A DNA stretch of 64,000 nt from Eledone cirrhosa (Eukaryota). Shown piece after piece: positions 27,904-43,878 of this stretch (the stretch's first letter is position 1; each line of letters starts with the position of its first letter). The position numbers and the translations under genes are program-made. A model generated the notes under the pieces. It was not told the origin of the DNA. It saw only the letters and a program-made list of their open reading frames with translations, and did not search any database. The stretch covers positions 50,096,001 through 50,160,000 of the forward strand of contig OZ024743.1 in the NCBI GenBank assembly GCA_964016885.1, given 5' to 3'.

Positions 27904-28335
27904 GCAAAACTAAGATAGAAACGTTTACGATTGAAAATCGAACCAATTTTAAGTAATTTATTTTGTTATCGAGATTTGTTGCTGTTCTAGAACCAATTTA
28001 TTTATTTGTTTATTTATTTATTTATTTATTCGTATCTCTTTGATGTGTAAATTGAAGAGCCGTTAATTCTAAAGTGTTAATAAAGGTTGTTTTTTTATTT
28101 TGTTTTTTTTTTCGCTTCAATAGCGAATTCTTTCTTGTCAAAGGTGACTCCATCGCAATAAACGTCAACATTTTCAGCTGTATTTTACTAATGTGATTTT
28201 TTTCCTTTTTAATAACGACAGCGAAAAACTAAAGAAAGCAATAAATGTGTTAATTGTTAAATGAAATAAACACATTCATACAAGGTTTAGATCCACTAAG
28301 AAGGTTATTTTCTGAAAATACAATAAAGAACATTT

Positions 28336-28452
<117 letters not shown>

Positions 28453-28915
28453 TGTGAGCACATGTATGTGAGTGTATATGTGTGCATGTGTATGTGTGTG
28501 TGTAGATGTGTGTGTGCGTGTTCGCTCGCACACACACGCGTCACCACTTCCCCCTCATATTTGAAAACTAATATAAAATTTCAATTTCAAGAAGGCTAAT
28601 CTAAAATGAGGCGGTTGCTGTGATGTGATGCCGGGTTGTGGGTAATTTGTCGGTAAAGGTGGCTACATCTGTGTCAAATTGCCCGGATTAACAAATAGTC
28701 GAGCAAAGAACACCATTTTAAAATAGGCTGATCAAAGGAGGTGTTAGAGATTATTGTTAGAGAATGTTGTTAGAGATTATGGTCGACGACAAGAAACAAT
28801 AGCAAAAAGGAAAGTAGAAAAAGTAGGAAAATAGCATACAATATATATATATATATATATGTAGTAAGGTTGCTTGGATGCGTCCATAGGCGGTATGCTG
28901 GTTGAGCACTCTCTG

Positions 28916-28947
<32 letters not shown>

Positions 28948-29529
28948 TCCCCCACTTTCAAGCGTGAACCTAATACTAACACTTTGTACTGCACTCTTCG
29001 TTATTGTTTTTGTTTTCCGTTTTAACGTATATATATATATATATATATATATAGGAAAGAGAGAGGGAATGAAAGAGACGAAGACATTTATGCTGAAGTA
29101 ATAATGGAACAAACAAAGAAAGGGGTAAAGCAGAAATGAAATGCTGAGTTGATGGAAAGAGGAGAGGAAATTAAACAGAGAGATAGGAAGGTAGAGGAAG
29201 AGAGAGATTTTGTGTGTACGTATATGTATATGAAGGCATAAACAAAATTATACACACACATATACACATACACATACAAACACACATACACACACATATA
29301 TATATATATGTGTGTGTGCGTGTGTGTGTAGATCAGGCTTTGGCGTTCTGAGAGTAGAGAATTAATGTAAAGGATGATGTGCTCATGCGCAGAAATGCCA
29401 TAAAATATATCGGATTCAATTTCTCATAGCAGCCAATGTCAACTCTTTTTTCCGTCTTTCAAGGGTCTTTACCCTATATTATAAGCTAATGTATTGCATC
29501 TCTGCGCATGAGCACTTCATCCTTTACAA

Positions 29530-29608
<79 letters not shown>

Positions 29609-29641
29609 TGTGAAGGATGAAGTGCTCATGCGCAGATATGC

Positions 29642-29700
<59 letters not shown>

Positions 29701-29708
<8 letters not shown>

Positions 29709-30170
29709 TTAGAAAGCCACAACAATGCAGATGGGAAATCTCGAGGTAGGAAGTGAGTGAGAAATAGGAGAAAAGTGAAAATTGAGAGAAACGAAAATGA
29801 AAACAAAACAAAGGTAGAAGGGTAACCGTAGTGGAGATTTAATCCCAATATTTCGGGCTTACGCCCATCAACGGGGGAAAGTTCCAAAAGGGGGGGAACA
29901 GGCTAAGCCGGAGAAAGTTGTTTAGCCTGTTCCCCCCTTTTGGAACTTTCCCCCGTTGATGGGCGTAAGCCCGAAATATTGGGATTAAATCTCCACTACG
30001 GTTACCCTTCTACCTTTGTTTTGTTTTCATTTTCGTTTCTCTCAATTTTCACTTTTCTCCTATTTCTCACTCACTTCCTACCTCGAGATTTCCCATCTGC
30101 ATTGTTGTGGCTTTCTAAACTACATATTTTACACACTTCACAATGCTCCAAGCAAACTTTAACACCCTCA
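29701..30170 (+). mobile_element. Family C fold-back palindrome (~205-bp arms) with ~44-nt tail, in (TA)n
   Basis: 29701-29905 is the reverse complement of about 29921-30126 (the same ORF is called on both strands); HHR-like TTGATG-GGCGTAAGCCC-GAAA-TATT at 29956-29980. Confidence 0.85.
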
Positions 30171-30194
30171 TATATATATATATATATATATATA

Positions 30195-30370
30195 TAACGA
30201 AGGAAGTGTGGTAAGGAACCAGGTGGAGCAAAACGCACCAGAGTACTCGATACTGTGGGCAGTAGAGTGGGCAATAGGAAAAGGTTCAGGACTCCGACGG
30301 CAGAGCTGAGTCCAGAAATAGCCGTCGAAACAGCTTGAGCTCTGCCGTCGGGGTCCTGAACCTTTTCCTA
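30195..30370 (-). mobile_element. Family A fold-back element
   Basis: Tail plus asymmetrically deleted palindrome; TA flanks. Confidence 0.8.
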
Positions 30371-31163
30371 TATATATATTCTCTCTTGGAGCGCGAGTGT
30401 ATTAGAATTCATAGAACAATGAGAAGGACTCAACGCAAGAAAGCCTGTCAAAACTGCAAAATGCCGTCAATGACAAAAGTCGGCTAAAATTTATTTCAAA
30501 GGACAGAAATCAGTAGCTAGAAGTATGTTGGACCGTAGAAGTGATAGAAAGAAAGGAGCAAAGGAAGAAAGTGGACGAGACAAGATCACAAAAACATCTT
30601 GTAACCTCTTCAACATAAAATTACCAGCTCGTCCAACAGAAAAATAAATAAATATTTCTGTTGGTATGATGTTACAGGAGTGTGACGAAAGAACTCTGAG
30701 AAACTATATTTATATCTATATTTTTAACTGTTGGTCAATCAATGATAAACATTGATTGCCTGATGAATTAATTATAGAAATATGAAATATACTGAAGTGA
30801 AAACCAACCGAAACCAAACAGTTAGTTTTTACTACATATTTCTGGCAATATTATAACATGGCCCTCCCCAGATATAATAGTATTTTATTTTATTTATTAT
30901 TAACATCATTACTATTGCTATTGTTGTTGTCATTGTTATAATGTTATCACATAACCCTCTGTATCCCAACAGAGAAGGGAATAAATTGCTATTGCTACAC
31001 ACACACACACACATACCACAAGAATAAATAAAAGTAAATATATTTATTCAAAATAAAGATAATATATTTGTGCAGCTGGCTACTTGGCTACTTACTGAAA
31101 CTTGTGAAACCAGTAAAGTTATAAATTATTGTAAATAAACCTTAAAAACTCTAATTGCATCAA

Positions 31164-31254
<91 letters not shown>

Positions 31255-31261
31255 GTGTATG

Positions 31262-31487
31262 TGTTAGGCAATTCCGAAGGAAAACCAAAGGAAAAAAGAG
31301 TGCTCTATGTATAGAACAGAGATTAGAAATTAAACAACACAAAATATAACTACTCCATTACCAAAGGTTTCTGGATCACAGACGATAATAATATACGTCT
31401 GGATCCAGGCGTATATTATTATCGTCTGTGATCCAGAAACCTTTGGTAATGGAGTAGTTATATTTTGTGTTGTTTAATTTCTAATTA
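31262..31487 (-). mobile_element. Family E: 164-bp spacer-less palindrome (31322-31485) with one-sided tail
   Basis: Centred on GGATCC (31401-31406), one mismatch; each arm contains GAAA-CC-TTT-GG-TA. Confidence 0.85.
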
Positions 31488-31496
31488 TATATATAT

Positions 31497-32792
<1,296 letters not shown>

Positions 32793-32811
32793 TATATAAA
32801 TATATATATAT

Positions 32812-33830
32812 ATCATCTAGAAATTGATTGACATATATATATATATATATCTAAAATAAACATATGAAACAATAACGGGAATAATTTGTAAAAGTGTGTA
32901 AGCACACATAGCTAGGTAGGTAACACATTAAAGTTTAACTAGAACTTTAAATATAGATACCTTTTAAAATGATTAATCTTCCTTGTATATATTTCATTAA
33001 AGAAATATATTTTACCATCAATCGATCGGTAAACCACAGTAGCCAAATCCCAAATTTTCAATAAAGGTATCTATATTCAAAGTTCTAGTTAAACTTGAAT
33101 TAGTTACCTACCTAGCTATGTGTGCTTACACACGTTTACAAATTATTCCCTGTGATTGTTTCTTATGTTTATTTTAGATATATATATATATATATGTCAA
33201 TCAATTTTTAGTTGATATAAAATGCTCGGATCTATTCATTGGAATCTTTGAGCATATTCTACAGTGGATATGGCACATGTCTCTCGGACATGACACCCTT
33301 AATTTAATTTTGGATATATATAAATATATATATATATATGTATATACATATTTAATTTATAACCCTATTCACGCCACTGGGATGAAGCTGGTACGATGTG
33401 TGTATTTTTCAAAAATGCAACACGTGCTGCTGATTTGAATTTGCTGTGTAAACACAGATAGTTGGATCTTCTCCCTTGTTGAAAATCTGGGTTTGGCTAC
33501 TGTGGTTTACCGATCGATTGATGGTGAAATATATTTCTTTAACGAAATATATACAAGGAAGATTAATCATTTTAACAGGTATCTATATTTAAAGTTCTAG
33601 TTAAACTTTAATTTGTTACCTACCTAGCTGTGTGTGGTTACACACTTTTACAAATTATTCCCTGTGATTGTTTCATATGTTTATTTTAGATATATATATA
33701 TATATACATGTCAATCAATTTCAAGTTGATATAAAATGCTCGGATCTATTCATTGGAATCTTTGAGCATATTCTACGGTGGATATGGCGCATGTCTCTCG
33801 GACATGACACCTTTAATTTAATTTTTGATA
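32812..33830 (+). mobile_element. Family F: inverted arm plus partial tandem pLTR-like copies, each with a tail
   Basis: 32812-33061 is the reverse complement of 33479-33730; direct partial copy at 33065-33315; shared tail AAATGCTCGGATC...GGACATGACACC. Confidence 0.75.
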
Positions 33831-33837
33831 TATATAA

Positions 33838-33901
<64 letters not shown>

Positions 33902-34154
33902 TTAATTTTCCGTCTTTGGTCTAGTTTCCCTAATGGACTGAACTTCCTTCCCCAATTTCTTTAATCGATATTTACGTTTCCACGCATAGGTTCGCGCTTG
34001 CTTCTATGCCCTAGCCACCGCCACCCCTACTTTGTCCGTTGTTACATGCGCGCGTACATTCATCCCCCCCCCCCCCCCGGGTTCCTATGGCTCTTTTACG
34101 GTCACAAACACACAACCTCACATATTTGTAAAGAACAACAACAAACACAAACAC

Positions 34155-34563
34155 ACATGATGATGGTGGTAGTGGTGGTGGTGGTGGTGGTTATAGTCAT
34201 GGTGGTGGTGATGAGGATGTTGGTAGTGGTGATGATGGTGGTGGTGGTTGCGGTCGTGGTGGCGGTTAAAGCCATGGTGATGATGATGATGAGGGTGGTG
34301 GTGATGGTGGTGGTGATGATGATGACAACGATGACTAATGATGTCTAATAGATGATGATAGTTGTGTTGGTGCTGCTTGTGGTTCTTATTTCTGTTTTTT
34401 CCATCAAAGCTGTAAGATTCGGTTTCAATTCTCTGAAGCAGTTCCACTCCTTTGCCCAATCTCACGATATTTCAGGTGTCAGCCTCCCTGTTGAGGGTCA
34501 GATTGGGAAGGTCTTCAGTTACCTTGGAGGTGAGCCAACAACCGCACAAACACTACCACCACC

Positions 34564-34619
<56 letters not shown>

Positions 34620-35075
34620 CACTACCACTACTACTACTACTACTGCTACTACTACTACCACCACCACCACCACCACTACTACTACTACCACCACTACCAC
34701 CACTACCACCCTACTACTACTACTACTACCACTACTACTACCACTACCACCACCACCACCACCACCACCACCACCACCACTACTACTACCACCACCACCA
34801 CCACTACCACTTCTACCACCACTACTACTACCACTACCACCACCACCACCACTACCACCACCACCACTACTACTACTACTACCACTACCACCACCAACAC
34901 CACCACTACCACCACCACCACTACCACTACCACCACCACTACCACTACCACCACCACCACTACTACTACCGCTACTACTACCACCACCACTACCACCACT
35001 ACTACTACCATCACCATCACCACCACCACCACTACCACCACTACTACTACCATCACCATCACCACCACTACCACC
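34155..35075. repeat. GGT/GAT and ACT/ACC trinucleotide repeats
   Basis: Direct reading. Confidence 0.9.
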
Positions 35076-35846
35076 ACTTGCACGACTTTACGACCACAAC
35101 CCTAGCACTAAACCCTAAACGACAGACCTTATCGCCCCACACATATCGTTACAATGAAATGAAGCCCTAGAAACAAAGTTTTCCCACCACCTTGGTGTAT
35201 ATTTTTAAAACGGATTTTTGTTTTACTTCATAATTAAATCCAGATCTTTTGTCGCCATCTGTAAACAGAATTTGATCCGTTCTTGTGAAATTCGCGTATT
35301 TCCTTCCCCCCGCCTACTTTAACTAGAATTTCCTCAGCCTGTTTTAAGTAGAGTATCAACAGCCTGTATTAACGAGAATATTGACAACCTGTTATAACGA
35401 AAATTTCCAAGAATTAATATCAATATTTTTTTTTTAGTTTTATGTTTATTTTAATATTTTAATTCATATTAAATCCCCTGAAATTCTGTCTGGGTTTATT
35501 TCTGGGGATTGACGTAAGCATTTTCATTTCTATAAATTCTTTAATCGCTCTTGGTTCGAAACCGTTCACCCGTATCTTCCTACTGCTTATGTTCTCCGAG
35601 TCGTTAAACCATTAACCCCCATGTGATATATTAAATCATTAAGGGACAATAGGACAACGACCCTATTTATGTGGGTACGTACGTACACGTACACATTCAC
35701 ACACATACATACACCCCATACACGCACACACACACATGCACATACACACACACATATATATATATAGTAGATTTTAAAATAATAATCCTAGTAATTGTTG
35801 TATATGACATGGTGTCCCCCACCATATATGTATGTATATATATATG

Positions 35847-35897
<51 letters not shown>

Positions 35898-36619
35898 GTG
35901 AGGTTTTTTTTTACAAAATGAAAAATAACCGAGGTGTCCTACACGAGTGGAAGTATAAAGAAAAAGAGATGAAATCGAAAATGCAACTGAAGTCTTATTT
36001 TTTTTTAAATATATATATTTATTTGGTTCCTTTACCGGTTTCGCAGTTCTTCTGATTTTCAAAAGTTGAGTTGAGATGGAGGGTCTGTGGTTTTTCTCAT
36101 ATATATATATATATAAGGATAAAAAATGAAATCGAAGATGCAACTGGAGTCTTTTTTTAAAAATATATTTAATATATTTATTTGGTACCCTTGCCGGTTT
36201 CGCAGTTTTTGTGCTTTTCAAAAGTAGAATTGAGATGGAGGGTTTGTGGTACTAGTGTTAGTGATGGTGTTGGTGTTGTTGTTGGTGGTTGTATTAGGGG
36301 TGGTGGTGGTGGTGGTGGTGGTAGTGGTGGTAGTAGTAGTAGTGCTAGTGGTGGTGGCAATGGTGGTGATGGTGGTATTAGTGGTGATGGTAGTCGTTGT
36401 ATTAGTGGTGGTGGTGGTAGTAGTAGTGTTAGTGGTGGTGGTGGTGGTCGTCCTAGTAGTAGTATTAGTGGTGGTGGTGGTGGTGGTGGTGGTGGTGGTA
36501 TTAGTGGTGGTGGTGGTGGTGGTAGTAGTAGTGTTAGTGGTGGTGGTGGTGGTATTAGTGGTGGTGGTGGTGGTGTTGTTGTTGTTGTTGGTGGTGGTGG
36601 TGTTGGTGGTGGTGGTAAC

Positions 36620-36772
36620 ATGGAGAAGTTATTAATTTAGTTAATTGGACACGTTACAACCTAATGGCTTGTAAGCAATTTAGCAATCGTTCAGGAGTTA
36701 AATATTTTAATGATCTCCATCAATTTATTGGTGATTGAGATGTCGATAGAGGATATTGAAAATTGTGGAGTT

Positions 36773-36833
<61 letters not shown>

Positions 36834-37030
36834 TCCAGTTCCTCAGTGAAATAACAACCCAACCAGGAACTGGGCATATCAGAGTACTGACAAAGTTATA
36901 CACCTCAACAACATGTGTACTCGTCTCTACCACACTAATTCGGACTGCCTGAAGAGGTCACAGCCAAAAATGGCTGTCACCGAAATATATATAGCAGTAA
37001 TAAACGAAGCCAAATTTTAAACATTTGACT
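36620..37030 (+). mobile_element. Penelope-like 3' fragment (family I)
   Basis: EKLLI...LDTLQPNGL* (frameshifted), resembling the C-terminal motif of PLE GIY-YIG; followed by a pLTR homologous to 61135-61340. Confidence 0.7.
36944..36998 (+). ncRNA. Type I hammerhead ribozyme motif
   Basis: ACTGC-CTGAAGA-GGTCACAGCCA-AAAA-TGGCTGTCACC-GAAA-TATATA-TA-GCAGT, then AATAAA. Confidence 0.85.
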
Positions 37031-37043
37031 TATATATATATAA

Positions 37044-37115
<72 letters not shown>

Positions 37116-37121
37116 ATATAT

Positions 37122-37224
<103 letters not shown>

Positions 37225-37283
37225 GAGAGATTGATAGATAGATCGATAGATAGATCGATAGATAGATCGATAGATAGATAGAT

Positions 37284-40200
37284 ATGTTTCTTTATTAGCC
37301 ACAGGGGCACAAAAGAAGGGGACAAATACAAAGGGGGAAGTTTACATACAATAAAAACGTGTAAAATATTATCACAAATGCAATTTAAAAATTAGTCGAT
37401 TTTCCCCAATAGACAGTTCATATGGGTAACACATACCGCCGAAAAAATGTGCAACCCTCATCTCCAGGAGTACGAAGAGTTTGTACTCCTTTCCTCTCCT
37501 CCTCCTTTTCCTCAACCTACAGGCTGATATAGAGAGAAGGCCCATTCATTCGGGCCATTCTTGCCACTTTCACCCACCTTTCATAAAACTTGATGGGGTG
37601 CAGCACCTCTCTCTCCATCCTGATTCTTCTTGCAAAGTGCTATTTGAAAAAAAAGAATCAGTTGTTGGCCGGAGAGAAAGGTGTCTGCCTTTTCAACCTT
37701 GTCCACCATATAACCTCTTTCGCCATAGTTATCACACAAAGGAAAACCGCCTGTCCTTCGTTTTTGAAGGAGGGTGGCGGTTTGATCAGGACAATGGACT
37801 CGGTGGTCAACCGGATTGGTCCCACCCGCGACAATAGTCGTTCTACATAGGTCGGTGACGCCCGGGCAGTGTATGAATGCGTGCGCGACGGTTTCTTCGT
37901 CTCGCACGCACCTCGGACAGATCTTTTTTGCAGGGTCCCTGCTCGGGCGCCCATGTCTGTAGAGCTTGTCTCGAACTGGTAGAGCTCCTCGGTAGCACTG
38001 CCAGGCCAGGGACTTTGGAAGTTGTCCATCGGTCCCGGGCAGAAGGTCCTACCGAACAGACTGGCCAGTTCGTCTTCCTCAACGCCTAGAGTTTCAACGA
38101 GCGCGTCGTCGCACTTGCTGCGGATCAACCCTCTATAGAATGACGAAGTGGAGTCTCCACTGATCGCCGGGTCCGCCTGCCAGAGGGCTGTGAGCGCCTG
38201 AGCACATTCGATGTGCCAGTCGCCCATTTTCCTCGGTCTTTGCTTGACCCAGGACTGCAGCTCGGTCAGCGAGACGAGTCATGGGAAGGCTCGCCTCACG
38301 AACGGGGCCCACACCAGTTGTCCGGTGAGGAATACGTAGAGATGCCGCAGCCTGAGCGCGTGTTTGCGCATCGTCAACAACGGCATCGCCAGCCCTCCGT
38401 TAAAAGGGTGTTGGCACCAGATGGATCTTCTCACCAAAGGAGCCCGCCTCTTCCAAAGGAATTGGAAGAGCGCGCGTTCCATTTTGGCGAGCGTTTTGGC
38501 TGGACAAGGCACGACGGTGAAGCGGTAGTAGATGGCGGACGCTATAAAAGTGTTCGCCACCTCCACTCGACCTTTCAAGGATAGTTTGCACTCGGCCCAC
38601 TTCTGGGTGAGTGCAAACACCTTGGCCGTCACTTCGTTCCAGTTCTTCTCCAGCTGGAGGTCCGGACCAAACCAGACCCCGAGCAGCTTTACCGGTCCTT
38701 CCGTCCAGCGTCCAACGACGCCATCGGAAGGCATCGGTTTGCCTCTCCACGATCCGATTTGCAAACCGATGGACTTGTCCCGGTTAAGCTTCGCTCCTAT
38801 GAAACTTTCGTATTCCTTCAGTAAGGTGCCGACTTGCGAGGCGCTCGATTTTCGAGGCGCTCGACACCATTACTGTCCCGGTTCCAGAAGGATGCCCTGC
38901 AATAGCTCCAAATTCCGCAGTAGTGGCTCGAGAGTCAGTACGTACAGAAGGGAGGAGAGAGGGCATCCCTGTCGAATGGATCGCGTAATATAGAACGGCT
39001 CCGAGAGGTAGCCGTTCACCTTGACCCCTGAGCAGATGTTGCTGTTGTGCATTGCAGCAATCCAGCCCCTGAACCCGGGTCTGAAGCCTGCCGCCTCGAG
39101 CACCGCATCCAGGTAACGATGGTCAACCCTATCGAAAGCCTTAGACTGATCCAAGTTGATCAGGGCCCCACCGAAGCCGGGTTTACACCCTACCCTCTCT
39201 ACGATGTATCGCATGAGGTGGAGGTTGTCATGTATGGACCTGGTCGGGATTGCGCATGTCTGCGCTTCTCCCACCAGGTTCTCGACGACAAGCGCCAGCC
39301 TCTTTGCCAACACCTTGGCCAAAATCTGTAACTCTGTGTTTAGCAGAGTTATGGGCCGGAAGTTGCCTATATCATCCCCCTTATTCTCGTCCTTCCTGAT
39401 TAGTGTGACTACGCCCCCAGTTACAGAACTGGGAATTCTGCCGTTCTGTTGCCAGTTGCAGTAGACCGCTTCCAGGAGACCGGAGAATAAGTCCGGCATT
39501 GCTACGTAAAATTCGTAGGGTAGACCGTCGAGACCTGGAGATTTGCGTTTGCCGCATTGGCTCAGCGCGTCCCCTATCTCAGCGGCTGAAATCGGCTTTT
39601 CGCAGAACTTTGCCTCGCTGTCCGAGAGTCGCGGTAGGCCGTCGAGGTATGGTCCGAAATCCATAGCCCCTCCCGGCGCGCCGCCCCGCCCGAACAGTTG
39701 AGCAAAGTGCCACTGAAAGGCCGCACACATCTGCTTCGGATCACGTATCACGCGTCCGTTTTGGTCCTTCATAGACCGAATCGTGGACTTGTTGCCACTT
39801 TTTGCCTCCGTCACTCGGGCCCAGCTAACAGCTTTGGCTCCCTCGTTTCCCAGAGCACGTATTTTGCTTCTGACAACGCAGCCCTCGTGCTTTGCGTCGA
39901 AGAACTGGTCCAAGGCCGTTCTCGTTGCTAGCACGCTAGCTACGTTGCCACTTCTAATTGCCTCTTCTACTTTATCTACCAGTTCCTTCTCGGTTCTATT
40001 TCTATCTAACGCTAATTCTTTACTAAAAACTAACGAGTCTAATCTAACTGCCCTCTTGAGAGAGTACCACCATCTGTTGTTGACAATGGCCCCTGTCAAG
40101 TGCTGTTTAACTAAAGTGCTAATCCGTCTACTGTAGGCCTTGCTTGTCGGTAACGACAAGTTCAGCTTCCAGTAGCCGGGTCCTTGTCTATGGGTTCTAT

Positions 40201-41137
40201 CAAGGTTGGCCATGCAGGTCACTAGTTTGTGATCTGAATAGGCAACCATGAGCATTTGTGGACATCTTAACATGTCCCTATCCTTATTTCTAACTAGAAC
40301 CCTATCTAGGTACGATCTAGATGTTCCGCTATGATTAGTCCACTATGATTAGTCCACGTCCACAGTGGCACAGTCGGAAAATCTAGTCGATATCTATCGG
40401 CCAGGTCAAATCGGTCGATTAACTGTTTGAGGCTGTTGCACCCCCTCCCCCTTATCGGGACATGCTCCCACATAGTCCCAACGTGCATCTAGGATTCCAT
40501 TCCTAAAAGCAAGGAGCGGGACGTTCCCCACTAAAAGCAAGGAGCGGGACGTTCCCAGAAAAGTCTCTAGACGTTTGAAGAAGTCTGGCCGCGGTGTCCC
40601 GGATGGGGCATATGCAGCCACCAGCCTGAAGGCTCCACCTTCACTACCGTCAACGTCTAGGACCACCAGTCGACCCTCCGGGTCCAGATGTACCGTCTGT
40701 GTTACGAGGCCCAGGTGTTTTCGCAGCAAAACGGCAACTCCGCCCCCACCCCCGGTTGACAGAGAGATGCGTAGATCTCAAAGTCATCGAAGATGGAGGC
40801 CAGCTATCGCTCGCTGTGGATCCTGGACTCGCAAATGGCTACCACATCCATACTGTGCGACCTGAGGTCGTTTAAGAGTTTGCCCTGTTTCCAGGGCATC
40901 CCCAGACCGCGTACGTTCACACATCCAACTCTTATATTGGCCATGTTGGGGCTGAAAAGTTAAAAGAGGAAAAGAGATCACTCACCCTTCGTCTCCTGGG
41001 GACCAGGCTGCACGATTTCCATGGAGGTGTTGGAGGGGTTGTCTGGGTGGGTGGTGGTTTCCGGCGGGGTGGGGACGGAGATGTTTGGTGGGGTGGGGTC
41101 TGGTGGGATGGGGGTCTCTGGGCTGGGGAGACATTTG
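37284..41137 (-). mobile_element. Tx1-clade (L1 group) LINE, 5'-truncated in ORF1, flanked by (GATA)n
   Basis: APE endonuclease, RT and C-terminal Cys motif; 3' end CCCCTGTGGCTAATAAAGAAAC followed by (TATC)n; GATA repeats at both ends. Confidence 0.9.
37517..40944 (-). pseudogene. Tx1 ORF2 (APE endonuclease + reverse transcriptase), frameshifted, YADD motif apparently deleted
   Basis: MANIRVGCVNVRGL start; GRLVVLDV, YSDHKLV, PGYWKLN, KSPGLDGLPYEFY, NFRPITLLN, NLDQSKAFDRVDH, RQGCPLSSLLY; split over several frames. Confidence 0.9.
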
Positions 41138-41180
<43 letters not shown>

Positions 41181-41499
41181 CTCGACAATTTCCCTACATC
41201 TCTTTGCCAGACACATAGCATAGACTTTGCCGTGAATATAAGCGGCCGAGATGGGGATCCTCCGAATGGTATTTGTAGTAACATTAGTTGATAGAATACG
41301 TAGCTCTGAGATCAGGGAGGCGCCCCAGGTAGAGCCGCTACTTCTCCGATACTACGGACATATGGTCAGAATATCTAAGGAAAGAATCGCTGGACAGATT
41401 TTACGGCAAAAAAAACCGTAAGAAGAAGAAATGGTACTAAATTCAATAGTTCTTCAGATGTTCCCTGGTAGTCTCACGAGATACAAGATTTTTAACAAG

Positions 41500-41878
41500 C
41501 TGGACGCCATGCTTTCTAGCATAGTTATGTCCCTCTGCGGTCTGAGTTAAAATCCCGTCAAGGTTAACTTTGCCTTTCATACTTACGGGGTCGATAAAAT
41601 AAAGTACCAGTAATGTACTGGGTAATTGCTGGCCTTGTGCCAAAAGTAGAAACAATTATTAGATAAGGGTGGTGGATTGGCAGCATAAGTAGGTGATCGG
41701 GCGCCATGCTTTGCAGCATAGAGTTATGGCCCTTTATGTTCAGAGTTTAAATCCCGCTGAGATTTGCTTTGGCTTTCATCCTTACGAGGTCGATAAAATA
41801 AAGCACCAGCAACGCAATGGGGTCCACTTTCCTCTCCCCCAAATTGCTGGCCTTGTGCCTAAATCTGGAACCATTATT
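41500..41878 (+). mobile_element. Two tandem tRNA-derived SINE copies
   Basis: Family core at about 41500-41660 and 41668-41878. Confidence 0.8.
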
Positions 41879-42415
41879 AGTTTTTGAATATTCCACAGAC
41901 ACGTGACGTTATTCTCGGGGAGATTCAGTGCGACAGGCCAATAGATTTACAGTTATAACCCATCGGGCGGGCTTCCAGACAGTTTCCGTCAACCACATTT
42001 TACTCAACAGAACTTGGATCAATATGAGGCTAGGATAATAGACGTTTAACCAAAATGCCAAAATATTGGACTGAAGTCGGTGGTTCTTGATTGTGAAACG
42101 AACTTCTTGAATTAGATTCGGCCGGGGAGGGTTAATCCCAGCATAACAAAAGGTTTGAGCAATGATGTTTTAATGTTAGTATTTCACACTATATCATTGA
42201 TTTGATCACTGAGTCTTCTCATGTTGGCAGACATAAAAGATTTTCTCCATGTTCACGATCTCCTCTCGATGTGTTCTGCCCTACATTTGAGCAACAGATA
42301 TGTTGTATTCCCCTTCACTAAGTAGAAACATGTATGTGCTGTAGGTATTTCGCTGAATAATGAATGAAATGCCAATTTAGCTCACTCTTTCTCTCTCTTC
42401 TTCTCCCTCTCTTTA

Positions 42416-42497
<82 letters not shown>

Positions 42498-42499
42498 AG

Positions 42500-42567
42500 G
42501 TTGTAACATAAATTCCCGACGTTTTTTTATTAAACAAATTATAACAACGGCGGGAATTTATGTTACA

Positions 42568-42568
<1 letters not shown>
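42500..42568. repeat. Small TA-flanked inverted repeat
   Basis: TTGTAACATAAATTCCCG ... CGGGAATTTATGTTACAA (18-bp arms). Confidence 0.75.
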
Positions 42569-42619
<51 letters not shown>

Positions 42620-42628
42620 CATATATAT

Positions 42629-42901
<273 letters not shown>

Positions 42902-42958
42902 CATATATATATACATACATATATATATATATATATATACATATATACATATATATAT

Positions 42959-43082
<124 letters not shown>

Positions 43083-43546
43083 TCCCCTTTCTCTCTTCTT
43101 ACATCAATTATTTATTATTCTGTTATTCTCGTGTACTTTTACACTTTGTAGGATAATCGTCTACCAGACTCTCCATTGAATTGCAGACGATCGAGAAAGA
43201 GAAGGTGAATGGGGAAAAGGAGAGGGGGAGGATATGAGGAAAGTGTTTTTTTTTTCTTCTTTTCTTTTCTTATTGCTCTTTTCATTTAATTGCAAACTAG
43301 AAATAAACAAATAAAGATAAAATAACGTAAAAAGAAAAAAAAAAAAAAAGCAGAAAGTAAAACAAACCTTCTAGAATTTCACACAATAATAAATCCTGCA
43401 TTTTAGAGTTTTTCCGTCATGGGTTTGTTTGACATAGACTGGAGTGGCATGGTTGGGTTGGGGTGGGACGGAAGGAATTAAATTGCAGTGGTGTGATCTC
43501 GGCAGAGGTAAAAGACTACCAGAGTAATACAAACCTCGTCCTCTCT

Positions 43547-43610
<64 letters not shown>

Positions 43611-43674
43611 ATGTATATATTTATATATATATATATATGTGTGTGTGTGTATGTGTGTGTATATATATGTATAA

Positions 43675-43720
<46 letters not shown>

Positions 43721-43817
43721 TATATATATATACATATATATATATGTATGTATATATGTATATATGTATGTATGTATATATATATGTGTATATATATATA
43801 TATATAAATATGTATAA

Positions 43818-43878
<61 letters not shown>

